DNA of 64,000 nt. Source: Octopus sinensis (taxonomy: Eukaryota). A model generated the notes under the pieces. The model had not been told where the DNA came from and did no database searches. It saw nothing but the letters and a program-made list of their open reading frames with translations. Below, piece after piece: positions 1 to 15,000 of the stretch (position 1 is its first letter; every line of letters begins with the position of its first letter). The stretch spans positions 69,063 to 133,062 of the forward strand of contig NW_021832282.1 of assembly GCF_006345805.1 (NCBI RefSeq), given 5' to 3'. Position numbers and translations under genes: made by a program.

Positions 1-3000
1 TCTCTATGTCTCTTTACATGTCTATATTTTAATCTACGCAGAGACCATTCAATCTGACCATTCATTAACGAACTCTCTGTATGTCTCTTTACATGTCTAT
101 ATTTTAATCTACGCAGAGACCATTCAATCTGACCATTCATTAACGAACTCTCTGTATGTCTCTTTACATGTCTATATTTTAATCTACGTAGAGACCATTC
201 AATCTGACCATTCATTAACGAACTCTCTGTATGTCTCTTTACATGTCTATATTTTAATCTACGCAGAGACCATTCAATCTGACCATTCATTAACGAACTC
301 TCTGTATGTCTATATACATGGCTATATTTTAATCTACGCAGAGACCATTCAATCTGACCATTCATTAACGAACTCTCTCTATGTCTATATACATGGCTAT
401 ATTTTAATCTACGCAGAGACCATTCAATCTGACCATTCATTAACGAACTCTCTCTATGTCACTTTACATGTCTATATTTTAATCTACGCAGAGACCATTC
501 AATCTGACCATTCATTAACGAACTCTCTCTATGTCTCTTTACATGGCTATATTTCAATCTACGCAGAGACCATTCAATCTGACCATTCATTAACGAACTC
601 TCTCTATGTCTCTTTACATGTCTATATTTTAATCTACGCAGAGACCATTCAATCTGACCATTCATTAGCGAACTCTCTCTATGTCTATATACATGGCTAT
701 ATTTTAATCTACGTAGAGACCATTCAATCTGACCATTCATTAACGAACTCTCTCTATGTCTCTTTACATGGCTATATTTTATCTACGCAGAGACCATTCA
801 ATCTGACCATTCATTAGCGAACTCTCTCTATGTCTATATACATGTCTATATTTTAATCTACGTAGAGACCATTCAATCTGACCATTCATTAGCGAAATCT
901 CTCTATGTCTATATACATGGCTATATTTTAATCTACGCAGAGACCATTCAATCTGACCATTCATTAGCGAAATCTCTCTATGTCTATATACATGGCTATA
1001 TTTTAATCTACGCAGAGACCATTCAATCTGACCATTCATTAGCGAACTCTCTCTATGTCTATATGCATGGCTATATTTTAATCTACGTAGAGACCATTCA
1101 ATCTGACCTTCATTAACGAACTCTCTCTATGTCTATATACATTGCTATATTTTAATCTACGCAGAAACCATTCAATCTGACCATTCATTAACGAACTCTC
1201 TCTATGTCTATATACATGGATATTTTAATCTACGTAGAGACCATTCAATCTGACCCTTCATTAACGAACTCTCTGTATGTCTATATACATGGCTATATTT
1301 TAATCTACGTAGAGACCATTCAATCTAACCATTCATTAACGAACTCTCTCTATGTCTATATACATGTCTATATTTTAATCTACGCAGAGACCATTCAATC
1401 TGACCATTCATTAACGAACTCTCTCTATGTCTCTATACATGACTATATTTTAATCTACGCAGAGACCATTCAATCTGACCATTCATTAACGAACTCTCTC
1501 TATGTCTATATACATGACTATATTTTAATCTACGCAGAGACCATTCAATCTGACCATTCATTAACGATCTCTCTCTATGTCTATATACATGACTATATTT
1601 TAATCTACGCAGAGACCATTCAATCTGACCGTTCATTAACGAACTCTCTATGTCTATATACATGACTATATTTTAATCTACGCAGAGACCATTCAATCTG
1701 ACCATTCATTAACGAACTCTCTGTATGTCTCTTTACATGTCTATATTTTAATCTACGCAGAGACCATTCAATCTGACCATTCATTAACGAACTCTCTATG
1801 TCTCTTTTCATGTCTATATTTTAATCTACACAGAGACCATTCAATCTGACCATTCATTAACGAACTCTCTGTATGTCTATATATATGACTATATTTTAAT
1901 CTACGCAGAGACCATTCATCTGACCATTCATTAACGAACTCTCTCTATGTCTATATACATGGCTATATTTTAATCTACGCAGAGACCATTCAATCTGACC
2001 ATTCATTAACGAACTCTCTCTATGTCTATAACATGGCTATATTTTAATCTACGTAGAGACCATTCAATCTGACCATTCATTAACGAACTCTCTCTATGTC
2101 TATATACATGGCTATATTTTAATCTACGCAGAGACCATTCAATCTGACAATTCATTAACGAACTCTCTCTATGTCTCTTTTCATGTCTATATTTTAATCT
2201 ACGCAGAGACCATTCAATCTAACTATTCATTAACGATCTCTCTCTATGTCTATATACATGGCTATATTTGAATCTACGCAGAGACCATTCAATCTGACCA
2301 TTCATTAACGAACTCTCTCTATGTCTCTTTTCATGTCTATATTTTAATCTACGCAGAGACCATTCAATCTAACTATTCATTAACGATCTCTCTCTATGTC
2401 TATATACATGGCTATATTTGAATCTACGCAGAGACCATTCAATCTGACCATTCATTAACGAACTCTCACTATGTCTATATACATGGCTATATTTAATCTA
2501 CGTAGAGACCATTCATCTAACCATTCATTAACGAACTCTCTATTTCTCTACATACATGGCTATATTTTAATCTACGCAGAGACCATTCAATCTGACCATT
2601 CATTAACGAACCCTCACTATGTCTATATACATGGCTATATTTTAATCTACGTAGAGACCATTCAATCTGACTATTCATTAACGAACTCTCTCTATGTCTA
2701 TATACATGACTATATTTAATCTACGCAGAGACCATTCAATCTGACCATTCATTAACGAACTCTCTCTATGTCTTTACATGACTATATTTTAATCTACGCA
2801 GAGACCATTCAATCTGATCATTCATTAACGAACTCTCTCTATGTCTATATACATGACTATATTTTAATCTACGCGAGACCATTCAATCTGACCATTCATT
2901 AACGAACTCTCTCTATGTCTATATACATGGCTATATTTTAATCTACGCAGAGACCATTCAATCTGACATCATTAACGAACTCTCTCTATGTCTATATACA

Positions 3001-6000
3001 TGGCTATATTTTAATCTACGCAGAGACCATTCAATCTAACATTCATTAACGAACTCTCTCTATGTCTATATACATGGCTATATTTTAATCTACGCAGAGA
3101 CCATTCAATCTGACCATTCATTAACGAACTCTCTCTATGTCTCTTTACATGACTATATTTTAATCTACGCAGAGACCATTCAATCTGACCATTCTTAACG
3201 AACTCTCTCTATGTCTATATACATGACTATATTTTAATCTACGCAGAGACCATTCAATCTGACCATTCATTAACGAACTCTCTCTATGCTATTACATGAC
3301 TATATTTTAAGCTACGTAGAGACCATTCAATCTGACCATTCATTAACGAACTCTCTCTATGTCTATTTACATGACTATATTTTAATCTACGCAGAGACCA
3401 TTCAATCTGACCATTCTTTAACGAACTCTCTCTATGTCTATAACATGACTATATTTTAATCTACGCAGAGACCATTCAATCTGACCATTCATTAACGAAC
3501 TCTCTCTATGTCTATTTACATGACTATATTTTAAGCTACGTAGAGACCATTCAATCTGACCATTCATTAACGAACTCTCTCTATGTCTATTTACATGACT
3601 ATATTTTAATCTACGTGGAGACCATTCAATCTGACCATTCATTAACGAACTCTCTCTATGTCTATTTACATGACTATATTTTAATCTACGTAGAGACCAT
3701 TCAATCTGACCATTCATTAACGAACTCTCTCTATGTCTATTTACATGACTATATTTAATCTACGTAGAGACCATTCAATCTGACCATTCATTAACGAACT
3801 CTCTCTATGTCTATTACATGACTATATTTTAATCTACGTAGAGACCATTCAATCTGACCATTCATTAACGAACTCTCTCTATGTCTATTTACATGACTAT
3901 ATTTTAATCTACGCAGAGACCATTCAATCTGACCATTCATTAACGAACTCTCTCTATGTCTATATACATGGCTATATTTTAATCTACGCAGAGACCATTC
4001 AATCTGACCATTCATTAACGAACTCTCTCTATGTCTATATACATGACTATATTTTAATCTACGTAGAGACCATTCAATCTGACCATTCATTAACGAACTC
4101 TCTCTATGTCTATATACATGGCTATATTTTAATCTACGCAGAGACCATTCAATCTGACAATTCATTAACGAACTCTCTCTATGTCTCTTTTCATGTCTAT
4201 ATTTTAATCTACGCAGAGACCATTCAATCTAACTATTCATTAACGATCTCTCTCTATGTCTATATACATGGCTATATTTGAATCTACGCAGAGACCATTC
4301 AATCTGACCATTCATTAACGAACTCTCTCTATGTCTCTTTACATGTCTATATTTTAATCTACGCAGAGACCATTCAATCTACCATTCATTAACGAACTCT
4401 CTCTATGTCTATATACATGGCTATATTGAATCTACGCAGAGACCATTCAATCTGACCATTCATTAACGAACTCTCACTATGTCTATATACATGGCTATAT
4501 TTTAATCTACGTAGAGACCATTCAATCTAACCATTCATTAACGAACTCTTTCTATGTCTACATACATGGCTATATTTTAATCTACGCAGAGACCATTCAA
4601 TCTGACCATTCATTAACGAACCCTCACTATGTCTATATACATGGCTATATTTTAATCTACGTAGAGACCATTCAATCTGACTATTCATTAACGAACTCTC
4701 TCTATGTCTATATACATGACTATATTTTAATCTACGCAGAGACCATTCAATCTGACCATTCATTAACGAACTCTCTCTATGTCTATTACATGACTATATT
4801 TAATCTACGCAGAGACCATTCAATCTGACCATTCATTAACGAACTCTCTCTATGTCTATATACATGACTATATTTTAATCTACGCAGAGACCATTCAATC
4901 TGACCATTCATTAACGAACTCTCTCTATGTCTATATACATGGCTATATTTTAATCTACGCAGAGACCATTCAATCTGACAATTCATTAACGAACTCTCTC
5001 TATGTCTATATACATGGCTATATTTTAATCTACGCAGAGACCATTCAATCTGACCATTCATTAACGAACTCTCTCTATGTCTATTTACATGCTATATTTT
5101 AATCTACGCAGAGACCATTCAATCTGACCATTCATTAACGAACTCTCTCTATGTCTCTTACATGACTATATTTTAATCTACGCAGAGACCATTCAATCTG
5201 ACCATTCATTAACGAACTCTCTCTATGTCTATATACATGACTATATTTTAAGCTACGCAGAGACCATTCAATCTGACCATTCATTAACGAACTCTCTCTA
5301 TGTCTATTTACATGACTATATTTTAAGCTACGTAGAGACCATTCAATCTGACCATTCATTAACGAACTCTCTCTATGTCTATTTACATGACTATATTTTA
5401 ATCTACGCAGAGACCATTCAATCTGACCATTCTTTAACGAACTCTCTCTATGTCTATATACATGACTATATTTTAAGCTACGCAGAGACCATTCAATCTG
5501 ACCATTCATTAACGAACTCTCTCTATGTCTATTTACATGACTATATTTTAAGCTACGTAGAGACCATTCAATCTGACCATTCATTAACGAACTCTCTCTA
5601 TGTCTATTTACATGACTATATTTTAATCTACGTAGAGACCATTCAATCTGACCATTCATTAACGAACTCTCTCTATGTCTATTTACATGACTATATTTTA
5701 ATCTACGTAGAGACCATTCAATCTGACCATTCATTAACGAACTCTCTCTATGTCTATTTACATGACTATATTTTAATCTACGTAGAGACCATTCAATCTG
5801 ACCATTCATTAACGAACTCTCTCTATGTCTATTTACATGACTATATTTTAATCTACGTAGAGACCATTCAATCTGACCATTCATTAACGAACTCTCTCTA
5901 TGTCTATTTACATGACTATATTTTAATCTAAGCAGAGACCATTCAATCTGACCATTCATTAACGAACTCTCTCTATGTCTATATACATGGCTATATTTTA

Positions 6001-9000
6001 ATCTACGTAGAGACCATTCAATCTGACCATTCATTAACGAACTCTCTCTATGTCTATATACATGACTATATTTTAATCTACATAGAGACCATTCAATCTG
6101 ACCATTCATTAACGAACTCTCTCTATGTCTATATACATGACTATATTTAATCTACGCAGAGACCATTCAATCTGACCATTCATTAACGAACTCTCTCTAT
6201 GTCTATATACATGACTATATTTTAATCTACGCAGAGACCATTCAATCTGACCATTCATTAACGATCTCTCTCTATGTCTATATACATGACTATATTTTAA
6301 TCTACGCAGAGACCATTCAATCTGACCATTCATTAACGAACTCTCTCTATGTCTATATACATGACTATATTTTAATCTACGCAGAGACCATTCAATCTGA
6401 CCATTCATTAACGAACTCTCTCTATGTCTCTTTACATGTCTATATTTTAATCTACGCAGAGACCATTCAATCTGACCATTCATTAACGAACTCTCTCTAT
6501 GTCTCTTTTCATGTCTATATTTTAATCTACGCAGAGACCATTCAATCTGACCATTCATTAACGAACTCTCTCTATGTCTATATATATGACTATATTTTAA
6601 TCTACGCAGAGACCATTCAATCTGACAATTCATTAACGAACTCTCTCTATGTCTATATACATGGCTATATTTTAATCTACGCAGAGACCATTCAATCTGA
6701 CCATTCATTAACGAACTCTCTCTATGTCTATATACATGACTATATTTTAATCTACGTAGAGACCATTCAATCTGACCATTCATTAACGAACTCTCTCTAT
6801 GTCTATATACATGGCTATATTTTAATCTACGCAGAGACCATTCAATCTGACCATTCATTAACGAACTCTCTCTATGTCTCTTTTCATGTCTATATTTTAA
6901 TCTACGCAGAGACCATTCAATCTAACCATTCATTAACGAACTCTCTCTATGTCTATACATGGTATATTTGAATCTACGCAGAGACCATTCAATCTGACCA
7001 TTCATTAACGAACTCTCACTATGTCTATATACATGGCTATATTTTAATCTACGTAGAGACCATTCAATCTGACCATTCATTAACGAACTCTTTCTATGTC
7101 TACATACATGGCTATATTTTAATCTACGCAGAGACCATTCAATCTGACCATTCAATCTGACCATTCATTAACGAACCCTCACTATGTCTATATACATGGC
7201 TATATTTTAATCTACGTAGAGACCATTCAATCTGACCATTCATTAACGAACTCTCTCTATGTCTATATACATGGCTATATTTTAATCTACGTAGAGACCA
7301 TTCAATCTGACTATTCATTAACGAACTCTCTCTATGTCTATATACATGACTATATTTTAATCTACGCAGAGACCATTCAATCTGACCATTCATTAACGAA
7401 CTCTCTCTATGTCTCTTTACATGACTATATTTTAATCTACGCAGAGACCATTCAATCTGATCATTCATTAACGAACTCTCTCTATGTCTATATACATGAC
7501 TATATTTTAATCTACGCAGAGACCATTCAATCTGACCATTCATTAACGAACTCTCTCTATGTCTATATACATGGCTATATTTTAATCTACGCAGAGACCA
7601 TTCAATCTGACAATCCATTAACGAACTCTCTCTATGTCTATATACATGGCTATATTTTAATCTACGCAGAGACCATTCAATCTAACTATTCATTAACGAA
7701 CTCTCTCTATGTCTATATACATGGCTATATTTTAATCTACGCAGAGACCATTCAATCTGACCATTCATTAACGAACTCTCTCTATGTCTCTTTACATGAC
7801 TATATTTTAATCTACGCAGAGACCATTCAATCTGACCATTCTTTAACGAACTCTCTCTATGTCTATATACATGACTATATTTTAAGCTACGCAGAGACCA
7901 TTCAATCTGACCATTCATTAACGAACTCTCTCTATGTCTATTTACATGACTATATTTTAAGCTACGTAGAGACCATTCAATCTGACCATTCATTAACGAA
8001 CTCTCTCTATGTCTATTTACATGACTATATTTTAATCTACGTAGAGACCATTCAATCTGACCATTCATTAACGAACTCTCTCTATGTCTATTTACATGAC
8101 TATATTTTAATCTACGTAGAGACCATTCAATCTGACCATTCATTAACGAACTCTCTCTATGTCTATTTACATGACTATATTTAATCTACGTAGAGACCAT
8201 TCAATCTGACCATTCATTAACGAACTCTCTCTATGTCTATTACATGACTATATTTTAATCTACGTAGAGACCATTCAATCTGACCATTCATTAACGAACT
8301 CTCTCTATGTCTATTTACATGACTATATTTTAATCTAAGCAGAGACCATTCAATCTGACCATTCATTAACGAACTCTCTCTATGTCTATATACATGGCTA
8401 TATTTTAATCTACGTAGAGACCATTCAATCTGACCATTCATTAACGAACTCTCTCTATGTCTATATACATGACTATATTTTAATCTACATAGAGACCATT
8501 CAATCTGACCATTCATTAACGAACTCTCTCTATGTCTATATACATGACTATATTTTAATCTACGCAGAGACCATTCAATCTGACCATTCATTAACGAACT
8601 CTCTCTATGTCTATATACATGGCTATATTTTAATCTACGTAGAGACAATTCAATCTGACCATTCATTAACGAACTCTCTCTGTCTATATACGTGACTATA
8701 TTTTAATCTACGCAGAGACCATTCAATCTGACCATTCATTAACGAACTCTCTCTATGTCTATTTACATGACTATATTTTAAGCTACGTACAGACCATTCA
8801 TTAACGAACTCTCTCTATGTCTATATACATGACTATATTTTAATCTACGTAGAGACCATTCAATCTGACCATTCATTAACGAACTCTCTCTATGTCTATA
8901 TACATGACTATATTTTAATCTACGCAGAGACCATTCAATCTGACAATTCATTAACGAACTCTCTCTATGTCTATATACATGCTATATTTTAATCTACGTA

Positions 9001-12000
9001 GAGACCATTCAATCTGACCATTCATTAACGAACTCTCTCTATGTCTATATACATGGCTATATTTTAATCTACGCAGAGACCATTCAATCTGACCATTCAT
9101 TAACGAACTCTCTCTATGTCTATATACATGACTATATTTTAATCTACGCAGAGACCATTCAATCTGACCATTCATTAACGAACTCTCTCTATGTCTATAT
9201 ACATGACTATATTTTAATCTACGCAGAGACCATTCAATCTGACCATTCATTAACGAACTCTCTCTATGTCTATATACATGACTATATTTTAATCTACGCA
9301 GAGACCATTCAATCTGACCATTCATTAACGAACTCTCTCTATGTCTCTTTACATGTCTATATTTTAATCTACGCAGAGACCATTCAATCTGACCATTCAT
9401 TAACGAACTCTCTCTAGTCTCTGTTTTCATGACTATATTTTAATCTACGCAGAGACCATTCAATCTGACCATTCATTAACGAACTCTCTCTATGTCTATA
9501 TATATGACTATATTTTAATCTACGCAGAGACCATTCAATCTGACAATCATTAACGAACTCTCTCTATGTCTATATACATGGCTATATTTTAATCTACGCA
9601 GAGACCATTCAATCTGACCATTCATTAACGAACTCTCTCTATGTCTATATACATGACTATATTTTAATCTACGTAGAGACCATTCAATCTGACCATTCAT
9701 TAACGAACTCTCTCTATGTCTATATACATGGCTATATTTTAATCTACGCAGAGACCATTCAATCTGACAATTCATTAACGAACTCTCTCTATGTCTCTTT
9801 TCATGTCTATATTTTAATCTACGCAGAGACCATTCATCTAACTATTCATTAACGATCTCTCTCTATGTCTATATACATGGCTATATTTTAATCTACGTAG
9901 AGACCATTCAATCTGACCATTCATTAACGAACTCTCACTATGTCTATATACATGGCTATATTTTAATCTACGTAGAGACCATTCAATCTGACCATTCATT
10001 AACGAACTCTTCTATATGTCTATATACATGGTATATATTTTAATCTACGCAGAGACCATTCAATCTGACCATTCATTAACGAACCCTCACTATGTCTATA
10101 TACATGGCTATATTTTAATCTACGTAGAGACCATTCAATCTGACCATTCATTAACGAACTCTCTCTATGTCTATATACATGGCTATATTTTAATCTACGT
10201 AGAGACCATTCAATCTGACTATTCATTAACGAACTCTCTCTATGTCTATATACATGACTATATTTTAATCTACGCAGAGACCATTCAATCTGACCATTCA
10301 TTAACGAACTCTCTCTATGTCTCTTTACATGACTATATTTTAATCTACGCAGAGATCATTCAATCTTACCATTCTTTACGAACTCTCTCTATGTCTATAT
10401 ACATGACTATATTTTAAGCTACGCAGAGACCATTCAATCTGACCGTTCATTAACGAACTCTCTCTATGTCTATTTACATGACTATATTTTAAGCTACGTA
10501 CAGACCATTCAATCTGACCATTCATTAACGAACTCTCTCTATGTCTATTTACATGACTATATTTTAATCTACGTAGAGACCATTCAATCTGACCATTCAT
10601 TAACGAACTCTCTCTATGTCTATTTACCTGACTATATTTTAATCTACGCAGAGACCATTCAATCTGACCATTCATTAACGAACTCTCTCTATGTCTATAT
10701 ACATGGCTATATTTTAATCTACGCAGAGACCATTCAATCTGACCATTCATTAACGAACTCTCTCTATGTCTATACATGGCTATTTTTAATCTACGCAGAG
10801 ACCATTCAATCTGACCATTCATTAACGAACTCTCTCTATGTCTCTTTACATGTCTATATTTTAATCTACGCAGAGACATTCAATCTGACCATTCATTAAC
10901 GAACTCTCTCTATGTCTCTTTACATGTCTATATTTTAATCTACGCAGAGACCATTCAATCTGACCATTCATTAACGAACTCTCTCTACGTCACTTTACAT
11001 GTCTATATTTTAATCTACGCAGAGACCATTCAATCTGACCATTCATTAACGAACTCTCTCTATGTCTCTTTACATGGCTATATTTCAATCTACGCAGAGA
11101 CCATTCAATCTGACCATTCATTAACGAACTCTCTCTATGTCTCTTTACATGTCTATATTTTAATCTACGCAGAGACCATTCAATCTGACCATTCATTAGC
11201 GAACTCTCTCTATGTCTATATACATGGCTATATTTTAATCTACGCAGAGACCATTCAATCTGACCATTCATTAACGAACTCTCTATGTCTCTTTACATGT
11301 CTATATTTTAATCTACGCAGAGACCATTCAATCTGACCATTCATTAGCGAACTCTCTCTATGTCTATATACATGGCTATATTTTAATCTACGTACAGACC
11401 ATTCAATCTGACCATTCATTAACGAACTCTCTCTATGTCTCTTTACATGGCTATATTTTAATCTACGCAGAGACCATTCAATCTGACCATTCATTAGCGA
11501 ACTCTCTCTATGTCTATATACATGTCTATATCTTAATCTACGTAGAGACCATTCAATCTGACCATTCATTAGCGAAATCTCTCTATGTCTATATACATGG
11601 CTATATTTTAATCTACGCAGAGACCATTCAATCTGACCATTCATTAGCGAAATCTCTCTATGTCTATATACATGGCTATATTTTAATCTACGCAGAGACC
11701 ATTCAATCTGACCATTCATTAGCGAACTCTCTCTATGTCTATATGCATGGCTATATTTAATCTACGTAGAGACCATTCAATCTGACCCTTCAGTAACGAA
11801 CTCTCTCTATGTCTATATACATTGCTATATTTTAATCTACGCAGAAACCATTCAATCTGACCATTCCTTAGCGAAATCTCTCTATGTCTATATACATGGC
11901 TATATTTTACTCAACGTAGAGACCATTCAATCTGACCCTTCATTAACGAACTCTCTGTATGTCTATATACATGGCTATATTTTAATCTACGTAGAGACCA

Positions 12001-15000
12001 TTCAATCTAACCATTCATTAACGAACTCTCTCTATGTCTATATACATGGCTATATTTTAATCTACGCAGAGACCATTCAATCTGACCATTCATTAACGAA
12101 CTCTCTCTATGTCTATATACATGACTATATTTTAATCTACGCAGAGACCATTCAATCTGACCATTCATTAACGAACTCTCTCTATGTCTATATACATGAC
12201 TATATTTTAATCTACGCAGAGACCATTCAATCTGACCATTCATTAACGAACTCTCTCTATGTCTATACATGATCTATATTTTAATCTACGCAGAGACCAT
12301 TCAATCTGACCATTCATTAACGAACTCTCTCTATGTCTATACATGACTATATTTTAATCTACGCAGAGACCATTCAATCTGACCATTCATTAACGAACTC
12401 TCTGTATGTCTCTTTACATGTCTATATTTTAATCTACGCAGAGACCATTCAATCTGACCATTCATTAACGAACTCTCTCTATGTCTCTTTTCACGTCTAT
12501 ATTTTAATCTACGCAGAGACCATTCAATCTGACCATTCATTAACGAACTCTCTCTATGTCTATATATATGACTATATTTTAATCTACGCAGAGACCATTC
12601 AATCTGACAATTCATTAACGAACTCTCTCTATGTCTATATACATGGCTATATTTTAATCTACGCAGAGACCATTCAATCTGACCATTCATTAACGAACTT
12701 TCTCTATGTCTATATACATGACTATATTTTAATCTACGTAGAGACCATTCAATCTGACCATTCATTAACGAACTCTCTCTATGTCTATATACATGGCTAT
12801 ATTTTAATCTACGCAGAGACCATTCAATCTGACAATTCATTAACGAACTCTCTGTATGTCTCTTTTCATGTCTATATTTTAATCTACGCAGAGACCATTC
12901 AATCTAACTATTCATTAACGATCTCTCTCTATGTCTATATACATGGCTATATTTGAATCTACGCAGAGACCATTCAATCTGACCATTCATTAACGAACTC
13001 TCACTATGTCTATATACATGGCTATATTTTAATCTACGTAGAGACCATTCAATCTGACCATTCATTAACGAACTCTTTCTATGTCTATATACATGGCTAT
13101 ATTTTAATCTACGCAGAGACCATTCAATCTGACCATTCATTAACGAACCCTCACTATGTCTATATACATGGCTATATTTTAATCTACGTAGAGACCATTC
13201 AATCTGACCATTCATTAACGAACTCTCTCTATGTCTATATACATGGCTATATTTTAATCTACGTAGAGACCATTCAATCTGACTATTCATTAACGAACTC
13301 TCTCTATGTCTATATACATGACTATATTTTAATCTACGCAGAGACCATTCAATCTGACCATTCATTAACGAACTCTCTCTATGTCTCTTTACATGACTAT
13401 ATTTTAATCTACGCAGAGACCATTCAATCTGACCATTCATTAACGAACTCTCTCTATGTCTATATACATGACTATATTTTAATCTACGCAGAGACCATTC
13501 AATCTGACCATTCATTAACGAACTCTCTCTATGTCTATATACATGGCTATATTTTAATCTACGCAGAGACCATTCAATCTGACAATCCATTAACGAACTC
13601 TCTCTATGTCTATTACATGGCTATATTTTAATCTACGCAGAGACCATTCAATCTAACTATTCATTAACGAACTCTCTCTATGTCTATATACATGGCTATA
13701 TTTTAATCTACGCAGAGACCATTCAATCTGACCATTCATTAGCGAACTCTCTCTATGTCTCTTTACATGACTATATTTTAATCTACGCAGAGACCATTCA
13801 ATCTGACCATTCTTTAACGAACTCTCTCTATGTCTATATACATGACTATATTTTAAGCTACGCAGAGACCATTCAATCTGACCATTCATTAACGAACTCT
13901 CTCTATGTCTCTTTACATGACTATATTTTAATCTACGCAGAGACCATTCAATCTGACCATTCATTAACGAACTCTCTCTATGTCTATTTACATGACTATA
14001 TTTTAATCTACGTAGAGACCATTCAATCTGACCATTCATTAACGAACTCTCTCTATGTCTATTACATGACTATATTTTAATCTACGTAGAGACCATTCAA
14101 TCTGACCATTCATTAACGAACTCTCTCTATGTCTATTTACATGACTATATTTTAATCTAAGCAGAGACCATTCAATCTGACCATTCATTAACGAACTCTC
14201 TCTATGTCTATATACATGGCTATATTTAATCTACGTAGAGACCATTCAATCTGACCATTCATTAACGAACCTCTCTATGTCTATTACATGTCTATATTTT
14301 AATCTACGTAGAGACCATTCAATCTGACCATTCATTAACGAACTCTCTCTATGTCTATATACATGACTATATTTTAATCTACGCAGAGACCATTCAATCT
14401 GACCATTCATTAACGAACTCTCTAATGTCTATATACATGGCTATATTTTAATCTACGTAGAGACCATTCAATCTGACCATTCATTAACGAACTCTCTCTG
14501 TCTATATACATGACTATATTTTAATCTACGCAGAGACCATTCAATCTGACCATTCATTAACGAACTCTCTCTATGTCTCTATACATGACTATATTTTAAT
14601 CTACGTAGAGACCATTCAATCTGACCATTCATTAACGAACTCTCTGTATGTCTTTTCATGTCTATATTTTAATCTACGTAGAGACCATTCAATCTGACCA
14701 TTCATTAACGAACTCTCTCTATGTCTATTTACATGACTATATTTTATCTACGCAGAGACCATTCAATCTGACCATTCATTAACGAACTCTCTGTATGTCT
14801 CTTTTCATGTCTATATTTTAATCTACGTAGAGACCATTCAATCTGACCATTCATTAACGAACTCTCTGTATGTCTATTTACATGACTATATTTTAATCTA
14901 AGCAGAGACCATTCAATCTGACCATTCATTAACGAACTCTCTGTATGTCTCTTTTCATGTCTATATTTTAATCTACGTAGAGACCATTCAATCTGACCAT

